From assembly GCA_963709425.1 (NCBI GenBank), contig CAVPWG010000002.1:65372-129371 (forward strand): a stretch of DNA of 64,000 nucleotides, read 5' to 3'. Both the position numbers and the translations under genes were made by a program. The notes below the pieces were generated by a model. That model did not search any database and was not told where the DNA came from. It saw nothing but the letters and a program-made list of their open reading frames with translations. Positions 36,919-46,336 of this stretch are shown one piece after another. Numbering within the stretch: position 1 is the first letter of the stretch; the number at the start of each line of letters is the position of its first letter. The stretch is from an uncultured Actinomycetes bacterium (lineage in GTDB: Bacteria; Actinomycetota; Thermoleophilia; Gaiellales; JAICJC01).

Positions 36919-37601
36919 CGACGCTCCCGGAGCCGTCGTGGCGCCTGCTGCTCGGGCGCGGGCTGCCGACGGTCGCCCTGGAGGGGTTCCTGCCGGTCGC
37001 GCTGTTCTACGGGGTGTGGCGGTCGACGGGCGCGCTCGTCGTGGCGGTTGTGGCCTCGACCGCCGCCGCCGGGCTGGCAGCGCTGTGGCAGGCCAGGCGC
37101 GGCGCCGACGGTGCCCTGGCCGCAGCGACATGCATCTTCATCGTCATCCAGGCTGTGGTCGGGCTCGCGGCCGACAGCGCGCTCGTCTACCTGGCCCAGC
37201 CCGTTCTCGTGAGCGCCTGCTGGGGCGTCGCCTACCTGGTGTCGGTCGCGATCGGGCGGCCGTTGATCGGCGCGTTCGCACGCGGCTGGTATCCGTTCCC
37301 CCGAGAGTTTCGGGAGGGCGAGGCGTTCCGCAGCGAGTTCGGAATGCAGTCGCTCGTATGGGGCGTCTACTGCCTGGCGGCGTCGGCCGTGCGTCTCACC
37401 ATCCTTCTCACGGCCGGGATCGGCGCGATGGTTGCCGTCACGTTCGTCGCGGGCACCGTCCTGCCGGCGGGTCTGGCCGTGTGGGGCGTCTGGCACGCCC
37501 GGCGCGCCTTCAGCGAGCACTCACCCGAAGCGGCGCGCGGCGCGACAAGTGGCGGCGTTCGTCATGATCGATCGTGGCGCGTCCGGAGCCAGTACGAGTA
37601 G
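36915..37601 (+). CDS. Polytopic membrane protein co-transcribed with PadR
   Basis: ATGA overlap with the PadR stop. It has five to six hydrophobic segments. Confidence 0.65.
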   Translation: MTTLPEPSWRLLLGRGLPTVALEGFLPVALFYGVWRSTGALVVAVVASTAAAGLAALWQARRGADGALAAATCIFIVIQAVVGLAADSALVYLAQPVLVSACWGVAYLVSVAIGRPLIGAFARGWYPFPREFREGEAFRSEFGMQSLVWGVYCLAASAVRLTILLTAGIGAMVAVTFVAGTVLPAGLAVWGVWHARRAFSEHSPEAARGATSGGVRHDRSWRVRSQYE

Positions 37602-38305
37602 GACATGGAGGCGCCGTGGTCGAGTTGCAGCCCGGCTGGCAGGCGATCGCCGACGATGGTCATGGCGGTCGTCTTGAGCTGCGGCTGGAGTGCGTCGAGC
37701 GGGCCGACGGCCTCGAGGCCGAGTGTCCACCAGTCGGCACGGTCGAGGGTGACTTCGGTGAGCTCCACCGAGCACCCCGGCGAGGCGGCCTGCGCCAAGG
37801 CGCGTTCGACGAGGCGGTCGTCTGCCACCGCGAACGACCGTCTCCGGCGAACCTTCCCGACTCGCTTCCAGGCGGCACTGCGACGTGACGGACGCTGGTC
37901 GCTGCCAAACGGGAAGCTCCACTTCTCCCACACCTCGAGCCGGCCGCTCGCTCCGCCTGGCAGCACGAGGTGGCCAGGACTGTGCCGAAACTCCTTCGCG
38001 TCCAAATAGACGCCGCCGCGGATCTTGACGCTCAGGTCGGCGAGCGTGGGATCGGTCAGGTAGAAGTCCTCGCGCTCCTCGATCCCTTCGCTGAACGGGC
38101 CCAACCGCTCGACCATGGCGGCCGGCAGCCGGCCGGGCAGGATCCAGCGCACCTCGAGCGTCACCGACCTGCGAACCACGCTCCCCATCACATCCATCAC
38201 CGCTCCATCCGGTATGCCATCCGCCGACCGTACACGGATCCGCCCTGAAAATCTCCCGTGGGTGACGAAGTGGTAGAACTGGCGTCGGAGGTCGCCTGAG
38301 AGCAT
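37562..38305 (-). CDS. Hypothetical protein, possibly a CYTH-like (triphosphate tunnel) fold
   Basis: The frame looks coding. TLEVRWILPG...REDFYL...LSVKIRGG...EVWEKWSF resembles the alternating-strand CYTH pattern, but the assignment is weak. The start may be internal (ATG 38197). Confidence 0.4.
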   Translation of the reverse strand: MLSGDLRRQFYHFVTHGRFSGRIRVRSADGIPDGAVMDVMGSVVRRSVTLEVRWILPGRLPAAMVERLGPFSEGIEEREDFYLTDPTLADLSVKIRGGVYLDAKEFRHSPGHLVLPGGASGRLEVWEKWSFPFGSDQRPSRRSAAWKRVGKVRRRRSFAVADDRLVERALAQAASPGCSVELTEVTLDRADWWTLGLEAVGPLDALQPQLKTTAMTIVGDRLPAGLQLDHGASMSYSYWLRTRHDRS

Positions 38306-38352
38306 CGCAGGTCCTTTGGGCCACGCGGCGGCCGAGGAACAGGGAGGGAGCC

Positions 38353-39240
38353 ATGTCAGCGGTCACCGAGTACGAGGACCAGCAGATTGCGCGCGCGAAC
38401 GAGTCAGGCAGGCCGTCTGTCGTGTTCATGCACGGCCTTTGGCTCTTGCCCAGCAGTTGGGATCGCTGGGCTCAGAGGTTCGAAGAGGCTGGATACACCG
38501 GCGTCAGCCCGGGATGGCCGGACGATCCCGAGACCGTGCAGGAGGCCAAGGCGCATCCGGAGGTGTTCGCCGGCAAGTCGGTCGGTCAGATCGCCGATCA
38601 CTTCTGCGACGTGATCCAGAAGCTGACGACGAAGCCTGTGGTGATCGGGCATTCGTTCGGCGGCTTGTTGGCGCAGATCAGCGCCGGCCGTGGTCTCTCT
38701 GCCGCCACGGTTGCGATCTCGCCGGCACCGTTTCGGGGTGTGCTGCCGCTGCCGATCTCCGCGCTGCGATCAGGCAGTCCGGTGCTGAGCAACCCGCGGA
38801 ACCGGCATCGGGCCGTCCCGCTGACGGCTGAGCAGTTCCGGTATGCCTTCGGGAACGCGGTCAGCGAGCGGGAGTCCCAGCAGATGTACGAGGAGTTTTC
38901 GGTGCCAGGACCGGGTACTCCGCTGTTCCAAGCCGCGGCGGCAAACCTGAATCCGTGGACCGAGGCGAAGGTCGATACCAAGAACCCCGATCGCGGTCCT
39001 CTGCTGATCATCGTCGGGAAGAAGGATCACACGGTTCCGCCGGCGATCGCCAAGGCGTCGTTCAAGAAGCAGGAGAAGAACGTTGGCGTTACGGAGTACA
39101 CCGAGATGGAGGGCCGCGGACACTCGCTGACCATCGACACCGGCTGGCAGGATGTCGCCGATGCCGTTCTGGAGTTCGTTCGCCGCTTCGTCCCGGCCAG
39201 CCCAACCCGGGCGCGCGACAAGGCCGCGACCGACGGGTAG
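38353..39240 (+). CDS. Alpha/beta-fold hydrolase
   Basis: HGLWLLPSSW and the nucleophile elbow VIGHSFGG are present. Confidence 0.8.
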   Translation: MSAVTEYEDQQIARANESGRPSVVFMHGLWLLPSSWDRWAQRFEEAGYTGVSPGWPDDPETVQEAKAHPEVFAGKSVGQIADHFCDVIQKLTTKPVVIGHSFGGLLAQISAGRGLSAATVAISPAPFRGVLPLPISALRSGSPVLSNPRNRHRAVPLTAEQFRYAFGNAVSERESQQMYEEFSVPGPGTPLFQAAAANLNPWTEAKVDTKNPDRGPLLIIVGKKDHTVPPAIAKASFKKQEKNVGVTEYTEMEGRGHSLTIDTGWQDVADAVLEFVRRFVPASPTRARDKAATDG

Positions 39241-39331
39241 GCAGCGAACCCCTTGATACCACGGCGTGAAGTGGGGTGACGCCCGCTCGGCCGGGGATCG
39301 GCGCGTCGTGGGTGCTTGGCGGCCGGGCCGG

Positions 39332-39526
39332 TCAGCCCTGACGGATGCGCGCTTCGCGCTTGTCGATGACCCACCCCAGCAGGATGAGCACCGCGGAGAG
39401 CACCAGGAAGGCGCCGAGGAATCCCCAGGCGTAGACCGCCCGCCAGAACACGATCATCCCGATGAACACCAGGATGCCGATGCCCAGAACTGCGCCGGCG
39501 AGCGACAGGTAGAAGCGCAGACCCAC
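39332..39526 (-). CDS. Small two-TM membrane protein (64 aa) with a basic C-terminus
   Basis: MGLRFYLSLAGAVLGIGILVFIGMIVFWRAVYAWGFLGAFLVLSAVLILLGWVIDKREARIRQG. The GTG start lies one nucleotide after the stop of another short one-TM frame (39528..39680). Confidence 0.55.
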   Translation of the reverse strand: MGLRFYLSLAGAVLGIGILVFIGMIVFWRAVYAWGFLGAFLVLSAVLILLGWVIDKREARIRQG

Positions 39527-39745
39527 TCTAGGGATCCGTCCGCCGAGCCGGAGCCCGACTGGTAGGGGCGGAGGTCACGTTGGCGATCCTACATGGTCGA
39601 GCCCCGGAGGACAACGCGAGCAGGCCGCCGACTACGCCCAGGAGCAGGCCGACGCCGAAGCGGCGAAGGCGCTCCTCGTACACCGCGCTCGCTGACTGCG
39701 GCACCGCGCGGTTTGGCGGGCCCTCCGCCCGGGCAGTGAAGCGCC

Positions 39746-40024
39746 GTGAACGCGCGCAGCGGCAGCAGCGATACACGCGCCGACCGGTCCCCCTATGACG
39801 CGGACGGCAGGATCGCGGTGCCGGACGCCCCCGGGTGGAGCTACGTCCTGATCGAGCCGGCCGGGGACGAGGCCCTCGCGGTCACGCTCGAGGGGCCCGG
39901 GCGTACGCAGATACGGTTCACGGTGCCGGCCTTCCTGAGCCGGGGCGCCGAGCTCGGTGAGGTGGCGCGCATCGTCATCCGCGCGCGGGTGCGGATGGAT
40001 CGCTCGGCCGGCCTCGGGGCCTAG
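39746..40024 (+). CDS. Hypothetical protein (92 aa)
   Basis: Third positions are very G/C-rich across the ORF. There is no motif. Confidence 0.45.
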   Translation: MNARSGSSDTRADRSPYDADGRIAVPDAPGWSYVLIEPAGDEALAVTLEGPGRTQIRFTVPAFLSRGAELGEVARIVIRARVRMDRSAGLGA

Positions 40025-40027
40025 CCG

Positions 40028-40783
40028 CTACTTGATGCCGGCGGAGAGGAACCTGACGGGCGGCGGGTGCGCCGGCGACTCATCCGTCAGCGCGATCGAG
40101 AGCGGGCCCTTCTCCTGGCCGTGGCTGGTCAGTATCGGGTTCGCCGGATCGTCGACGCTCAGGACGACACAGGCGTGCTTTCCCGGGTCGGGGCCGAGGA
40201 CGACGTAATCGCCGGGCCTGAGATCCCGCTGCTCGATCTCACGGCAGTGGCCGAGCATCGTGCCGGTGTTGACTGGACCGTGGTCGCCAAACGTCGTCCC
40301 GGTCGGATCGGGGGCGTCCGCCCCGGCAGCGATGCACGCCGCGAACTCCGAGCAGTCGAGCGTGATCGGAAGCTCATGGTTTCGCCACTTCTCGACGGCG
40401 GTTGCCGTCTCGCCGGCCTTGCGGATGTCGTGAAGCGGATAGTGGATCTGGTCGCTGTTGGCGATCGCCCACCGCTGCTCGGCCACCATCTTGTCGCGGA
40501 TCTTCTGCCTTCGTGCGAATGACGTCAGCTGTGAGCGGCCGAAGGCGTCGATGTGGCGGAACAGGAGCACGTAGGTGCGCTTGCCGATCGAGCCGGTCTG
40601 CGTGATGTTGGCCTGCTTCTGGAAGGCAATGACGCCGTCCACCATGTTCTGCTCGAACCGGCCGCGCTTGGCGTGCGGGACGAGGCCCATGCTCTTGAGC
40701 GCGCGCCGATAGGCGAAGACGTCAAGGCCGCTGTCGCCTACACCGACGATGCGGGGCAGCGGGATGAGCGGGTCGTCGGACAT
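40028..40783 (-). CDS. Peptidoglycan-binding domain plus NlpC/P60- or CHAP-like cysteine peptidase, no signal peptide
   Basis: GAAGGAGGA precedes ATG 40783. A PG_binding-like segment (GLDVFAYRRALKSMGL...VDGVIAFQKQANITQTG) is followed by DCSEFAAC (Cys) and a downstream His (GKHACVVL). Confidence 0.6.
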   Translation of the reverse strand: MSDDPLIPLPRIVGVGDSGLDVFAYRRALKSMGLVPHAKRGRFEQNMVDGVIAFQKQANITQTGSIGKRTYVLLFRHIDAFGRSQLTSFARRQKIRDKMVAEQRWAIANSDQIHYPLHDIRKAGETATAVEKWRNHELPITLDCSEFAACIAAGADAPDPTGTTFGDHGPVNTGTMLGHCREIEQRDLRPGDYVVLGPDPGKHACVVLSVDDPANPILTSHGQEKGPLSIALTDESPAHPPPVRFLSAGIK

Positions 40784-40903
40784 GGGATCAATCCTCCTTC
40801 GCGACGTGTTCAGCCTAGACGTCACGGCGACCCGATGGCTTCCCGCCTCAGCCCGTGAGCCGCTCCGTTACGATCGCCCGCCGTAGGCAACCAGAGGAGA
40901 GGA

Positions 40904-41531
40904 ATGACGCTTCGCGTGGTAGGAGCCGGACTGGGTCGAACCGGCACGCATTCGCTCAAGCTCGCCCTCGAGCAGCTGCTCGGCGGGCCCTGCTACCACA
41001 TGAGCGAGCTCATCGGCCGCGAGGACGACACCGCCGTGTGGGCGGCTGCGACTCGGGGCGACGACGTCGACTGGGCGTCGTTCCTGTCGGGGTTCTCCGC
41101 GACGGTGGACTGGCCGGCATGCGCGTTCTGGGAGGAAATCGAGTCGGCGGTGCCAGACGCCATCGTGTTGCTCTCGGTGCGCGAGTCGCCGGAGGCGTGG
41201 TGGACGAGCGTGGAGCGCACGATCCTCCAGGCCCTCCAGAAGACCGTGCCGTCCGACGACGAGGCGTGGACGAATCGCCGGCGGATGGTCATCTCGATGA
41301 TCGAGACCACGTTCACACCGGACTGGGCCGATCGCGATGCAGCCATCGCAGCGTACGAACGCCACAACGACCGCGTTCGCACGACGGTCGCTCCCGAGCG
41401 GCTGGTCGAGTGGCGGCCGGGCGACGGCTGGGAGCCGATCTGCGCGGCGCTGGGTCGTCGACGTCCCCGCCGAGCCGTTTCCGCACACGAACACCACCGC
41501 CGAGTTCCGCCAGAGCAGCGGCCTGGACTAG
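40904..41531 (+). pseudogene. Sulfotransferase-family protein, one frameshift near the 3' end
   Basis: GAGLGRTGTHSL is a PAPS-loop-like start. The frame of ORF 40904.. is good to ...WEPICAALG, then continues as VDVPAEPFPHTNTTAEFRQSSGLD in the frame of ORF 41337..41531. The junction is at 41452-41456. Confidence 0.65.
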
Positions 41532-41579
41532 ATGGTCGCCACCCGTATCGGGGTACGATTCTGTCGACGAGAGGAGGTG

Positions 41580-43535
41580 ATGGAGAGGATGCGAAAGCCA
41601 CTTACCCGGCTGACCGAGCCGATGGTCCGTGAGGACGGCGCACTGCGCCCCGCGACCTGGGACGAGGCCCTCGATCGGGCCGCCGACGGGTTCCGCGCGG
41701 CGGCTGCCGCCGGAGGCGCGAACGCGTTCGGGCTGTTCAGCTGCTCGAAGGCGTCGAACGAGATGAACTTCATGATGCAGAAGTTCGCCCGCGTCGTCAT
41801 GGGCTCGAACAACGTCGACAGCTGCAACCGGACTTGACACGCTCCCAGCGTCGTCGGTCTGGCGACAGTGTTCGGGGCCGGGGGCGGAACAAGCTCCTAC
41901 CAGGAGGTCGAGGAGACCGATGTGATCTTCCTGTGGGGGTCGAACGCCCGTGAAACCCATCCGATCTTCTTCCATCACGTCCTGAAGGCCGTGCATGCCG
42001 GCGCGCGCCTCTTCACCGTCGACCCGCGCCGCACCGGCTCGGCCCAGTGGGCGGACGCCTGGCTCGGCATCGACGTCGGCACCGACGTCGCCCTCTCCAA
42101 CACGATGGCGCGCGAGATCCTGCATGCCGGCCTCCACAACCGCGAGTTCATCGAGCGTGCGACGACCGGATTCGACGAGTACGCCGCCTCGGTCGAGCCG
42201 TGGACGCTCGAGCGGGGCGAGCTCGAGACCGGCGTGCCCGCCGAGGTGATCCGCGACGCCGCCCACGCCTACGCGCGCGCCGACCGGGCGATCATCTGCT
42301 GGACGCTCGGCATCACGGAGCACCACAACGCAGTCGACAACGTCTTCGCGCTCATCAACCTCGCGCTCCTCACCGGCCACGTCGGTCGCTACGGCTCGGG
42401 GGTGAACCCGCTGCGCGGACAGAACAACGTCCAGGGCGGCGGCGACATGGGCGCGATCCCGAACAAGCTCCCAGGCTTCCAGGACATCGAGCGCGACGAT
42501 GAGGCCCGGGCCAAGTTCGAGAAGGCCTGGGGCACGACGATCCCGCCCCGCTACGGCTGGCACCTGACGCAGATGTTCGAGGCGATGGACCGGGGCGAGC
42601 TGCGCACGCTCTACGTCGTCGGCGAGAACCCGGCCCAGTCGGAGGCCGACGCCAAGCACACGAAGAAGCTGCTCGAGGGGCTCGATCACCTGGTCGTGCA
42701 GGACATCTTCCTCACCAGGACCGCCGAGCTCGCCGACGTCGTCCTGCCTGCCTCGGCGAGCTGGTGCGAGGCCGAGGGCACCGTGACGAACAGCGAGCGC
42801 CGCGTCCAGCGGGTACGAAGGGCACTCGACCCGCCGGGCCAGGCCCGGGACGACATCGAGATCGTGTGCGACATCGCCAGCCGCATGGGGCACGACCTCG
42901 GCCCGCCCGACGCCGAGTCGGTCTGGACCGAGTTGCGCTCGCTCTCGCCGATGCACGCGGGCATGACCTATCCGCGGCTCGAGGCGCTCGGCGGGATCCA
43001 GTGGCCCTGCTGGGACGAGGAGCACTCCGGCGAGCTCTTCCTCCACGGCCGCCTGTGGGAGAGCCCGATCTCCGGCGATCCGGCGCCGTTCAACGTCGTC
43101 GAGCATGTGCCTCCCGTGGACAAGCTCTCGGACGAGTTCCCGATCCGGCTCACGACCGGTCGGCGGCTCGACTCATACAACACCGGCGTTCAGAGCGGTG
43201 GCTACCGCTCCCCGCTTCGGCGGCGCGAGTCGCTCGACCTGTCGCCCGAGGACTGCGAGCGGCTGGGTGTGGACGACGGCGAGCTGGTCAAGGTGACGTC
43301 GCGGCGGGGGTCGGTCTACGCCCCCGTCCGGATCGACCAGACCCTCCGCCCGGGCCTGGCGTTCATGACGCTCCACTTCCCCGACGAGGTCGAGACGAAC
43401 GTGCTCACGATCGACGCGACCGACCCCAAGTCGGGCACGGCCGAGTTCAAGGCGAGCGCGATTCGGGTCGACCGCCTCACCGACGCCGAGCGCGGCCTCG
43501 AGGCCGTGTCGCAGCTCGCGGTGCCGGCGAAGTAG
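41580..43535 (+). CDS. Formate dehydrogenase alpha, molybdopterin (Mo-bisPGD) part only; in-frame TGA 41835-41837 read as selenocysteine
   Basis: GAGGAGG precedes ATG 41580. ORF 41532..41837 ends ...SNNVDSCNRT-TGA and continues in the same frame as HAPSVVGLATVFGAGG (ORF 41868..43535). The motifs match the FdhF/FdsA family, including the C-terminal TGRRLDSYNTG...GTAEFKASAIRV. Confidence 0.8.
41850..41866 (+). promoter_or_regulatory. SECIS-like hairpin GUCGUC-GGUCU-GGCGAC, 12 nt after the UGA
   Basis: Folded by hand: a 6-bp stem including one G-U pair. GGUCUG sits at the same codon offset (+7/+8) as in the E. coli fdhF SECIS as I recall it. Confidence 0.55.
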
Positions 43536-45389
43536 ATGGATCTGAGGCTGGCAGATGCGCCGCCGACCGCGGCCGAGCGGGAGGCTGTCGACGGCGTGCT
43601 GGGAGCGCCCGTCTCGTCGTGGGAGGGAGCCGCTCGGGGCACCGACGGCCACGCCGCCCGCGGCGGTCACGCCGCGCGCGCGCAGCGGCATCTGCTGCTC
43701 CCGGTGCTCCACGAGGTCCAGAGCCGGGTCGGGTGGATCAGCCCGGCGGCGCTCGGATACGTGTGCCTGCGGCTCACGATCCCGCCGGCCGAGGCCTACG
43801 GCGTCGCGAGCTTCTACGCGCTCTTCGCACTCGAGCCACGCGCCCCGCTCGTGACCCACGTGTGCACCGACATCGCCTGCATGTGCCGCGGCGGGAACGA
43901 GCTCGTCGCCGAGCTGGAACGGACCGTCGGCCCGGCGGGCGAGCATCCCGGGAACGGCACGTCGATCTGGCTCGAGAGCCCATGCCTGGGGATGTGCGAG
44001 CGGGCGCCCGCCGCACTCGTTACGTCGGCCGGCGAGAACGCGCACGAGCACGAGATCGCCCCGGCCGCCGCGGCCGACATCGCCGCCGCGCTCGCGGGCG
44101 CCGCCGCGCCGGCGCCGCCGCCGCTGGTGGCGCAGGCGGACGAACCGTCGCTTCGGCTCCTGCGCAGGATCGGGCGGGTCGACCCGGCGAGCCTCGACAG
44201 CTACCGGGCCGCGGGCGGCTACGCGGCCCTGCGCGCGGCGATCGACATGGGCCCGGCGGGGGTCATCCGCGAGGTGACCGACTCGCGGCTCCTCGGCCGC
44301 GGCGGCGCCGCGTTCCCGACGGGCCGCAAGTGGGACGCGGTGGCGCGGAACCCGGTCCGGCCGCATTACCTCGTATGCAACGCCGACGAGTCGGAGCCGG
44401 GCACATTCAAGGACCGGATCGTGATCGAGAGCGACCCCTTCGCCCTCGTCGAGGCGATGACCATCGCCGGGCTCGCGACCGGCTGCGAGCAGGGGTACGT
44501 CTACCTCCGCGGCGAGTACCCGCTGGCGTGGCAGCGCCTGTCGGCGGCGATCGACGAGGCCCGCGCCCGCGGCCTTCTCGGCGACGACGTCATGGGATCC
44601 GGCGTCCGGTTCGACATCGAGCTGCGTAAGGGCGCGGGCGCCTACATCTGCGGCGAGGAGACCGCGCTCTTCAACTCGATCGAGGGCTACCGCGGCGAGC
44701 CGCGCTCGAAGCCGCCGTTCCCGGTCGACTCCGGCCTCTTCTCCAAACCGACCGTCGTCAACAACGTCGAGAGCCTGATCAACGTCCTCGACATCGTGCT
44801 CGGGGGCGGCGCGGCGTTCGCCGCGATCGGAACCGAGCAGTCGACCGGCACCCGTCTCTTCTGCCTCTCCGGCTGCGTCGAGCGGCCCGGCCTCTACGAG
44901 GCGCCGTTCGGGGTCAGGCTGGGGGACCTGCTCGAGATGGCCGGAGGCGTCGCCGGCGGGCGGCCGCTGCGGACGGTGCTCCTCGGCGGGGCGGCCGGCG
45001 GTTTCGTCGGGCCCGACCAGCTCGACCTCGAGCTCTCGTTCGAGGCCACCCGCGCTGCCGGCGCAACGCTCGGCTCGGGGGTCGTCATGGCCTTCGACGA
45101 CACCGTCGACCTCGTCCCGGTGCTGCTTCGGATCGCTGCCTTCTTCCGCGACGAGTCGTGCGGCCAGTGCGTGCCGTGCCGGGTCGGGACCGTGCGCCAG
45201 CAGGAGGCGCTGCTGCGCCTCGCATCCGAGCGGCCGCGGGGGACTGTCGCCGACGAGCTGGCACTCCTCGACGAGATCGCCCGGGCGATGCGCGACGCCT
45301 CGATCTGCGGCCTCGGCCAGACCGCGGCCAACGCCGTCGACTCGGCGATCCGCGTGCTGCGCGTCTTCGAGCCGGAGGCTGCGGGATGA
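43536..45389 (+). CDS. Fused NuoE-like (2Fe-2S) / NuoF-like (FMN, NAD, 4Fe-4S) diaphorase subunit
   Basis: The N-terminal part has FYALF...CTDIACMC...CLGMC. The C-terminal part has GRGGAAFPTGRKW, CNADESEPGTFKDR, YICGEETAL and ESCGQCVPCRVG. Confidence 0.85.
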   Translation: MDLRLADAPPTAAEREAVDGVLGAPVSSWEGAARGTDGHAARGGHAARAQRHLLLPVLHEVQSRVGWISPAALGYVCLRLTIPPAEAYGVASFYALFALEPRAPLVTHVCTDIACMCRGGNELVAELERTVGPAGEHPGNGTSIWLESPCLGMCERAPAALVTSAGENAHEHEIAPAAAADIAAALAGAAAPAPPPLVAQADEPSLRLLRRIGRVDPASLDSYRAAGGYAALRAAIDMGPAGVIREVTDSRLLGRGGAAFPTGRKWDAVARNPVRPHYLVCNADESEPGTFKDRIVIESDPFALVEAMTIAGLATGCEQGYVYLRGEYPLAWQRLSAAIDEARARGLLGDDVMGSGVRFDIELRKGAGAYICGEETALFNSIEGYRGEPRSKPPFPVDSGLFSKPTVVNNVESLINVLDIVLGGGAAFAAIGTEQSTGTRLFCLSGCVERPGLYEAPFGVRLGDLLEMAGGVAGGRPLRTVLLGGAAGGFVGPDQLDLELSFEATRAAGATLGSGVVMAFDDTVDLVPVLLRIAAFFRDESCGQCVPCRVGTVRQQEALLRLASERPRGTVADELALLDEIARAMRDASICGLGQTAANAVDSAIRVLRVFEPEAAG

Positions 45390-46336
45390 GCGCCGTCCCC
45401 GTCACGATCCGCCGCACCGTCGAGGTCCAGATCGACGGCGAGGCGGTCCGCGTCGCCGAGGGCGCCACGATCCTCGACGCCTGCCGGGCCCGCGGCCTCG
45501 ACATCCCGACCCTGTGCTTCGGCGAGACGCTGACGCCGGTGAACGCATGCCGCGTGTGCGTCGTCGAGGTGGAGGGGTCGCGCGTGCTCGTGCCGTCGTG
45601 CGCGCGGCAGGCCGAGGACGGGATGGTCGTCCGTACCCGTAGCGAGCGGGTCGACCACAGCCGCAAGATGGTGCTCGAGTTCCTCGGGTCAAGCGTGGAT
45701 CTCTCGACGACCGACCACGTCGAGCGCTGGAACGGCGAGTACGGCGCCGCGCCCGAGCGCTACGGCCCGCCCGCGCCGCCGGCCCCCGCCGGCGCCCGCG
45801 ACCGCGCCCGGGCCGGCCACCATCACGCCGGAGACGGCCAGACCGCGGCGACCGTGGCCCAGCCGGTGAAGGTCGACAACGAGAACTACGTCCGCGACTA
45901 CTCGAAGTGCATTCTCTGCTACAAGTGCGTCGAGGGCTGCGGCACCGACTGGCAGAACACGTTCGCAATCGCCGTCGCCGGCCGCGGGTTCGACGCCCGG
46001 ATCGCAACGGAGTTCGCCGCGCCGCTGCCGGACTCCGCGTGCGTCTACTGCGGGAACTGCATCGCCGTCTGCCCGACCGGGGCGCTCATGTTCAAGAGCG
46101 AGCACGACATGCGCCAATCGGGTGAGTGGGACGAGACGGCGCAGACCGTGACCGAGACGATCTGCTCGTACTGCGGCGTCGGCTGCAGCCTCGAGTTGCA
46201 CGTGCAGGACAATGACATCGTGAAGGTCACCTCTCCGCTCGACGACGGCGTGACGCACGGCAACCTGTGCATCAAGGGCCGGTTCGGGTTCCAGTACGTG
46301 CAGAACCGCCCGCCCGAGGCGCCCGATGGCGCATGA
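45386..46336 (+). CDS. Formate dehydrogenase alpha, N-terminal Fe-S part (2Fe-2S, two 4Fe-4S ferredoxin motifs, Mo-bisPGD 4Fe-4S cap)
   Basis: ATGA overlap with the previous gene. LCFGETLTPVNACRVCVVEV, CILCYKCVEGC, CVYCGNCIAVCP and CSYCGVGCSL...GNLCIKGRFG are present. The protein ends where the Mo-domain protein begins in unsplit homologues. Confidence 0.8.
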   Translation: MSAVPVTIRRTVEVQIDGEAVRVAEGATILDACRARGLDIPTLCFGETLTPVNACRVCVVEVEGSRVLVPSCARQAEDGMVVRTRSERVDHSRKMVLEFLGSSVDLSTTDHVERWNGEYGAAPERYGPPAPPAPAGARDRARAGHHHAGDGQTAATVAQPVKVDNENYVRDYSKCILCYKCVEGCGTDWQNTFAIAVAGRGFDARIATEFAAPLPDSACVYCGNCIAVCPTGALMFKSEHDMRQSGEWDETAQTVTETICSYCGVGCSLELHVQDNDIVKVTSPLDDGVTHGNLCIKGRFGFQYVQNRPPEAPDGA

